Assembly (NCBI GenBank): GCA_965219685.1 | Contig: CBDCOH010000002.1 | Coordinates: forward strand, 3,296,001-3,360,000 | Length of the DNA: 64,000 nucleotides | Reading direction: 5' to 3' | Source of the DNA: Candidatus Spongiisociaceae bacterium | GTDB taxonomy: Bacteria; Actinomycetota; Acidimicrobiia; Spongiisociales; Spongiisociaceae | Shown: one piece after another, positions 59,175 through 64,000 of the stretch | Position numbering within the stretch: the first letter of the stretch is position 1 | How the letters are laid out: each line of letters opens with the position of its first letter | Position numbers and translations under genes: made by a program | Notes under the pieces: model-generated | The model's input: the letters and a program-made list of their open reading frames with translations, nothing else | Told to the model about the DNA's origin: nothing | The model's database searches: none

Positions 59175-60389
59175 GTGGATCCGAGCACACCTGCTCCTGT
59201 ACTCGACGGACTCCGGATCGTGGAGTTGTCAGCCTTCGTAGCGGTCCCGCTGGCGGGAATGACGCTGGCGCAGTTGGGCGCGGACGTGATCCGGGTGGAC
59301 CCGCTCGGCGGCGGCCTCGACTACCGGAGGCGGCCGATCACCGACTCGGGGGCCGGTCTGTACTGGGCGGGCCTCAACAAGGGAAAACGTTCGGTCGCCC
59401 TCAACCTGCGGAGCAAGGAGGGACGGGACCTGGTCCGAGATCTGGTGACCGCGCCGGGCGAGGACGCCGGAGTGCTGATCACGAACCTCTCCCCGCGTTG
59501 GATCTCCTACGACCACCTACGGCGGGACCGGCCGGATCTGATCATGGTTGTTCTCAAGGGCAACCCTGATGGCTCGATCGCGGTGGACTACACGGTCAAC
59601 GCGGCGGCAGGTTACCCGGCGATCACGGGGGTCGGCGACGATCCGGTCAACCACGTCCTGCCGGCGTGGGATCTGGTGGCGGGGGGGATGGTGGCCACGG
59701 CGGTGCTGTCAGCCGAGCGGCGCCGCTACCGCACCGGCGAGGGAGGCCTGGTCGAACTGTCCTTGGCCGATGTGGCCTTCGCAACCCTGGGCCACCTGGG
59801 GCAGGTGGCGGAGGTGGTCATCAACGACGACGACCGGCCCAGGTACGGAAACTACCTCTACGGCTCGTTCGGAAAAGACTTCGAGACTTCCGACGGGGAG
59901 CGGGTGATGATCATCGCCCTCACCCCCCGGCACTGGTCCTCGCTCGTTCAGGCAACCGGAACCGCCGGCGCCATGGCGCGGATCGAGGACGAACTCGGGT
60001 TGGATCTTGCGGACGAGGGGGCACGATTCGCCGCCCGGGAACGTATCGCCGGAGTCCTCGGGAGCTGGTTCTCCCGCCGTACGCTGGCGGAGACGGCCGA
60101 GGTCCTCGACCGGCACCGCATCTGCTGGGGGCCGTACCGCACGGTGCGCCAGTTGCTCGAAGCGGACCCGAGAGTGCAGCCGGAACTCAACCCGATGTGG
60201 GCCGACATCGCCCAACCCGGGATCGGGACCTACCCGGTCCCCGGTACGCCGCTCGCCTTCTCGGGTGTCCCCCGCAGCACGCCGAGACCTGCCCCGCTCC
60301 TGGGCGCCGACACCGAACCGGTCCTGAACCAACTGCTCGGCTTGGAGGACCGCAGGCTCGACGAGCTGCGGAGGATGGGCGTGCTCTGA
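59175..60389 (+). CDS. mct: family III CoA transferase, mesaconyl-CoA C1-C4 isomerase-like
   Basis: SAFVAVPLAGMTLAQLGADVIR, GGLDY, LYWAGLNKGKRS, AVDYTVN and VNHVLPAWD motifs. Confidence 0.82.
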   Translation: MDPSTPAPVLDGLRIVELSAFVAVPLAGMTLAQLGADVIRVDPLGGGLDYRRRPITDSGAGLYWAGLNKGKRSVALNLRSKEGRDLVRDLVTAPGEDAGVLITNLSPRWISYDHLRRDRPDLIMVVLKGNPDGSIAVDYTVNAAAGYPAITGVGDDPVNHVLPAWDLVAGGMVATAVLSAERRRYRTGEGGLVELSLADVAFATLGHLGQVAEVVINDDDRPRYGNYLYGSFGKDFETSDGERVMIIALTPRHWSSLVQATGTAGAMARIEDELGLDLADEGARFAARERIAGVLGSWFSRRTLAETAEVLDRHRICWGPYRTVRQLLEADPRVQPELNPMWADIAQPGIGTYPVPGTPLAFSGVPRSTPRPAPLLGADTEPVLNQLLGLEDRRLDELRRMGVL

Positions 60390-60570
60390 ACGACCCGTCC
60401 CCGAGGCCAGGTCCAAGGTCGCGAAATTCGCCCCGGCCGGGCCTCCCTCCGGGCCCTCCCCCGCCACCACCACGCCACATTCGACTTCGCGGAGGCCCCA
60501 ACTTGGTGGGAAACGGACTCGGACGACGGCATCGAGACCGGACAACTAACTCCACTAATATTAACAGTCC

Positions 60571-60605
60571 ACTACCAACTAATAACTAGCAACTAACGAC
60601 TAGGA
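60571..60605. repeat. degenerate (ACTANNR)n heptamer array
   Basis: ACTACCA ACTAATA ACTAGCA ACTAACG ACTAGGA, with the last unit running into GATCTAG. Confidence 0.7.
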
Positions 60606-60640
60606 TCTAGACGTGGTTATCCGGTCGCCAAGCTGCCATC

Positions 60641-61432
60641 ATGTCGTCTATGCGACCTAACCCGCTCCGCGCCAGGTGGGCGGCCGGTGAGCCCGCCATA
60701 GGTGGTTGGCTTACGATTCCCAACCAACTGACCGCCGAGATGACAGCAGCAGCCGACCTCGACTACGTATGCATCGACATGCAGCACGGGCTGATCGACT
60801 ACTCGGATGTCGTGCACATGCTGACCGCCGTCACTGCGGGCGGCGTAACCCCCATCGTCCGGGTACCCGAGAACTCGATCGCCAACATCTCCACCGCTCT
60901 CGACGCCGGCGCCGTCGGGGTGATCGTCCCGCTGGTCAACACGGTGGAGGAGGCGGCGTCGGTGGTCTCCGCCTGCCGTTACCCGCCGGCGGGCGAGCGG
61001 AGCTACGGCGCGATCAGGGCAGCGGCCGTGGAGGGGCCGGACTACTACGACCGGGCCAACGACGAGGTGGTCTGCATACCGATGATCGAGACCGTCGAGG
61101 CTGTCGACGACCTGGACGGCATCCTGTCGATCCCGGGGATCGACGTGGCCTACGTAGGCCCGTCCGACCTGTCCATATCGATGGGATACTGGCCTGGAAC
61201 GGCTGCCGCTCCCTTCCTGGCCATGCTCGATCGGATAGTCGAGGCCTGTGACCGCCACGGCGTCGTGCCCGCAATCCAGGCGTCGCCGTCCACGGCCGCC
61301 GACCGCCTGGCGCGGGGGTTCCGGATGGTCACAGTGGTGACGGACATCCTCGCCTTCAGGGTCTCCGTCGACCTGGCCATCGCCCAGGCTCGCGGGACCG
61401 ATCCGGGCGCGCCCGGCTCGCCCCTGTACTGA
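60641..61432 (+). CDS. HpcH/HpaI aldolase family
   Basis: IDMQHG, ALDAGA.GVIVP, PMIET and YVGPSDL motifs. Confidence 0.93.
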   Translation: MSSMRPNPLRARWAAGEPAIGGWLTIPNQLTAEMTAAADLDYVCIDMQHGLIDYSDVVHMLTAVTAGGVTPIVRVPENSIANISTALDAGAVGVIVPLVNTVEEAASVVSACRYPPAGERSYGAIRAAAVEGPDYYDRANDEVVCIPMIETVEAVDDLDGILSIPGIDVAYVGPSDLSISMGYWPGTAAAPFLAMLDRIVEACDRHGVVPAIQASPSTAADRLARGFRMVTVVTDILAFRVSVDLAIAQARGTDPGAPGSPLY

Positions 61433-61482
61433 TAGGACAGTCGATCGGACGCCGGGCCGAGTAAGCGAGCAGATCCCAAGCC

Positions 61483-61655
61483 ATCCGACCGGAGCGAATC
61501 GCACTGAACCATCAGTATACAACGATGCACAACATAGTTATGGCCCGAGTGTGTCTGCTCTGTTTCGCCGGGCCCCAATCTTCGGTCTGTGAGGCCCCCT
61601 CGGCGCCCACGTGAACCCGGACAGCCTTTCTGACGCCGGAAAACGATGCGATCTA
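61483..61655 (+). mobile_element. putative MITE-like dispersed repeat, copy A
   Basis: Aligns by eye with 63590-63765 at about 63-69% identity in two ungapped blocks, including an exact AGGCCCCCTCGGCGC; ends in GATCTA. Confidence 0.55.
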
Positions 61656-61675
61656 ATGCTAACCATCGATTCCCG

Positions 61676-61703
61676 ACTACCAACTACCGACTACCGGCTA
61701 GGA
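61676..61703. repeat. (ACTACCR)n heptamer array
   Basis: ACTACCA ACTACCG ACTACCG GCTAGGA. Confidence 0.7.
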
Positions 61704-61764
61704 ACCATTCGTCCACCGGTGCCACAACCTCTCCTTCACAGCACGAGCACGTAGAATGCCGGAC

Positions 61765-62427
61765 GTGAAACCGGTCCGGGATCTGCACGAATCTGCGGTC
61801 AGGCTTGCTCGTCTCGCCGAGCAGGTGCCCGCTCGGGCCCGCGGCGGATCGGTCCATCCGTCCGAACTGGTAGCAGGCATCAACGCCGAGTCAGATCTGG
61901 CCTGCCGACCGGGGCCCTTCGGACCGGTGGCCCCGAACCGCTTCGCGATACGGCTCAACAACGTGGACCTGGCGGCCCTGGGAAACCAGAGACGCGTGAC
62001 GCATGAACTGGAACGCATCACGGAAAGCACGGGGATGGGCAGAGGGCACCGCTTGGAGGGACCGGTCCGGGTCTGGTTGGAGGCGGACACCTCGACGGAG
62101 CAGGGGACGTTCGCCGTGCGGTCCTTCCACCGCCCCGGCCGCCGTCCGGCCTGGGCTTTCCTAACCGGTGGCGGGCCAACGCTGGAGATCACTGTCAACC
62201 GTTCCCTGGTGGGCCGGGCCGGCGACGCCGATGTCATCATCGCCCACGGCTCGGTCAGCGAACACCACGCCCTGGTCTGGTTCGAGGGGGAGAGCGCCTG
62301 GATACGGGACCAGGGTTCGAGCGGCGGCACCTTCGTCGATGGCGAGGCGGTCAGCGGGAACACGCCGGTTCCGGATGACGGCACGATCCGCTTCGGAAGG
62401 GTCGAGTACATGCTGCGGGTCGGGTAG
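61765..62427 (+). CDS. fhaA: FhaA-like protein (DUF3662 + FHA domain)
   Basis: VHPSEL..VAPNRF..EGPV N-domain and FHA motifs VGR, VSEHHA, DQGSSGGTFVDG. A GTG 7 nt after TAGAAT is the likely start. Confidence 0.82.
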   Translation: MKPVRDLHESAVRLARLAEQVPARARGGSVHPSELVAGINAESDLACRPGPFGPVAPNRFAIRLNNVDLAALGNQRRVTHELERITESTGMGRGHRLEGPVRVWLEADTSTEQGTFAVRSFHRPGRRPAWAFLTGGGPTLEITVNRSLVGRAGDADVIIAHGSVSEHHALVWFEGESAWIRDQGSSGGTFVDGEAVSGNTPVPDDGTIRFGRVEYMLRVG

Positions 62428-62430
62428 TCG

Positions 62431-62844
62431 ATGCCCGCGATCATCCTCGTCTCGCTGAAGCTCATCTTCGTGGCCTACATCTACCTGTTCGTATGGCAGA
62501 TCGCCAAGGCAATCGCCGCCCACATCGGCACCGGCCAGCCCCGTGAGCGCAGCCGCCCGGGAACCGGGCTGACGGTGGTCCGTAGCGATACCCAGACCGG
62601 ACTGAGCGTGGAGGTACGCCAGCCGGTGGTCCTGGGCAGGGCGAAGGGCGCGGACGTTCTCATCGACGACGCCTACGCTTCCGACTTCCACGTCAGGCTG
62701 GTCAACGACACGGGCGTACTGTCCCTGTTCGATCTCGGTAGCACCACCGGCACGTACGTGAACGGGAAGCGGGTTGGGGCTCCGCTGGAGCTGAGCAAGG
62801 GCGACTCGGTGCAGATCGGCAAGACCGTTCTGGAGGTGACGTGA
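62431..62844 (+). CDS. fhaB: FhaB/FipA-like membrane-anchored FHA protein
   Basis: N-terminal TM helix, LGR, S..H and DLGSTTGTYVNG motifs. Confidence 0.85.
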   Translation: MPAIILVSLKLIFVAYIYLFVWQIAKAIAAHIGTGQPRERSRPGTGLTVVRSDTQTGLSVEVRQPVVLGRAKGADVLIDDAYASDFHVRLVNDTGVLSLFDLGSTTGTYVNGKRVGAPLELSKGDSVQIGKTVLEVT

Positions 62845-63572
62845 GATTCATCTGGGCTTCCGATACCCATACCGGCCGGACACGCAAGAACAACGAGGAC
62901 GCGGTGTATCCCGAGACCGACGGACACTGCTCGGAGCCTCTCCTGGTGGGTGTGGCGGACGGCCTCGGTGGTCACCGGGACGGTGAGGTCGCCAGCAGGG
63001 TGGCCATCGACAGCGCAGTCAGAGCGGAGGGTCCTCCCTGGCAGAAGGTCAAGGCCGCCAACGCCGCCATCCTGGACGACGTGCTGGACCATCCCCACCG
63101 CGTCGGTATGGGCACGACCCTCACACTGGCAGAACTCGACCCGGGCGGCCGCGCGACCATCGGTCACGTGGGGGACAGCCGGGCCTACCTGCTGCGGGCG
63201 GGAAGGCTCATCCGCCTGACGGTGGACCACACTTTCGTCCAGGAGGAGATCGAGGCGGGGCGCCTCACCGAGGAACAGGCCCGCATCCATCCCCGCCGCG
63301 CCCAACTCACCCGCGCCCTGGGACTCGGGCAGGAGGTGATCGTAGACGTCGGGAGAACCTCCCTCGCGCTCGACGATCGCCTGCTCGTCTGCTCGGACGG
63401 ACTGACCGCGATGGTCACGGACGACGAGATCACCGGCATCCTCGCAGAGGGCCCGCCGTCTGACGTGGTGTGGGGGTTGATCGAGGCGGCCAACCGGGCC
63501 GGGGGCCACGACAACGTGTCCGCGGTCGTGGTGGTGGTTACAGCACCTGAGGAACCCGACGGAGAGGACTAG
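62841..63572 (+). CDS. pstP: PP2C-family Ser/Thr phosphatase (soluble, no TM tail)
   Basis: NNED, VADGLGGH, GMGTT, HVGDSRAY, CSDGL and GGHDN motifs. Confidence 0.9.
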   Translation: MRFIWASDTHTGRTRKNNEDAVYPETDGHCSEPLLVGVADGLGGHRDGEVASRVAIDSAVRAEGPPWQKVKAANAAILDDVLDHPHRVGMGTTLTLAELDPGGRATIGHVGDSRAYLLRAGRLIRLTVDHTFVQEEIEAGRLTEEQARIHPRRAQLTRALGLGQEVIVDVGRTSLALDDRLLVCSDGLTAMVTDDEITGILAEGPPSDVVWGLIEAANRAGGHDNVSAVVVVVTAPEEPDGED

Positions 63573-63766
63573 ATGATCTGTCGTGATGGATCCGACCGAA
63601 ACCGATCGCGCTGCGCGATCGGCGCGCAACGAAGTGCAATACACCTCTGACGCGTATACGTCAGTCTCCCTCGACGCGGATTCCCTCCCAGCTGTTCATG
63701 AAGGCCCCCTCGGCGCGACCCGAAACGCGGACGGTGCTACCGAGAGCCGGAAACGACTCGATCTAG
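63569..63766 (+). mobile_element. putative MITE-like dispersed repeat, copy B, bounded by CTAG
   Basis: CTAG at 63569-63572 and 63763-63766; internal hairpins CCGATCGCG/CGCGATCGG and CTGACG/CGTCAG; homologous to 61483-61655. Confidence 0.55.
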
Positions 63767-63875
63767 GGCTGACCGCCGAGAGCCAGGAAGCAACCACCAA
63801 CCGCCAGGCCGGCAACCTGCCGATGTCCCGGGCCGCGGCCTCGGGCATCGATCGTCCCGACACAAGACCCTTCCG

Positions 63876-64000
63876 GTGAGCCGTACCGCCGAGGCCGTCC
63901 TGGTGCTGGCGGCCGCGGCCCTGGCGGCTTTCGGCGTCCTGCTGGTCAACTTCGCCAGGGGCGTGAACCTCAACGCGGACACCCCCGTGACGCTCCTGGT
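63876..64000 (+). CDS. rodA: FtsW/RodA (SEDS) family protein, 5' end only
   Basis: The GTG-initiated frame MSRTAEAVLVLAAAALAAFGVLLVNFARG is hydrophobic and sits at the canonical position after pstP. Confidence 0.6.
   Translation, partial: MSRTAEAVLVLAAAALAAFGVLLVNFARGVNLNADTPVTLL

Noticed and set aside
60440-60570. Protein-like stretch FDFAEAPTWWETDSDDG
   Set aside because: No credible start or recognisable family; too short to support.
63583-63879. 98-aa ORF between pstP and rodA
   Set aside because: It lies largely within the repeat element and has low-complexity composition. The GTGA overlap with rodA is noted but is not sufficient support.

Overview
High-GC bacterial window, most likely an actinobacterium (Acidimicrobiia-like). 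The taxonomy is inferred from the fhaA-fhaB-PP2C-rodA cluster, a PPOX/F420 protein, a cutinase, Thr/Pro-linker Tat lipoproteins and many leaderless starts. Catabolic genes dominate: two xanthine-dehydrogenase-family molybdoenzyme clusters, peptide and sugar ABC importers, TPP enzymes, an E1 pair with a free lipoyl domain, a Rieske oxygenase, a 5-oxoprolinase, enolase-superfamily enzymes, SDRs, a 2,6-dihydroxypyridine-hydroxylase-like flavoenzyme and a mesaconyl-CoA isomerase. Accessory genes lie between them: a His/Asp-tailed CDF, Fic, AAA_14/DUF4143, and a small winged-helix gene coupled to a frameshifted dGTPase. The most notable observations are the wHTH-dGTPase operon (defence candidate), a 2-hydroxyacid dehydrogenase fused to a DUF3320-like domain, a ~175-bp diverged MITE-like repeat flanking fhaA-fhaB-pstP, a family of intergenic heptamer arrays, paired 35-bp repeats ahead of fic, and two gene remnants. 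No rRNA, tRNA, CRISPR array or transposase was recognised. All calls come from motif reading by eye; no searches were run.
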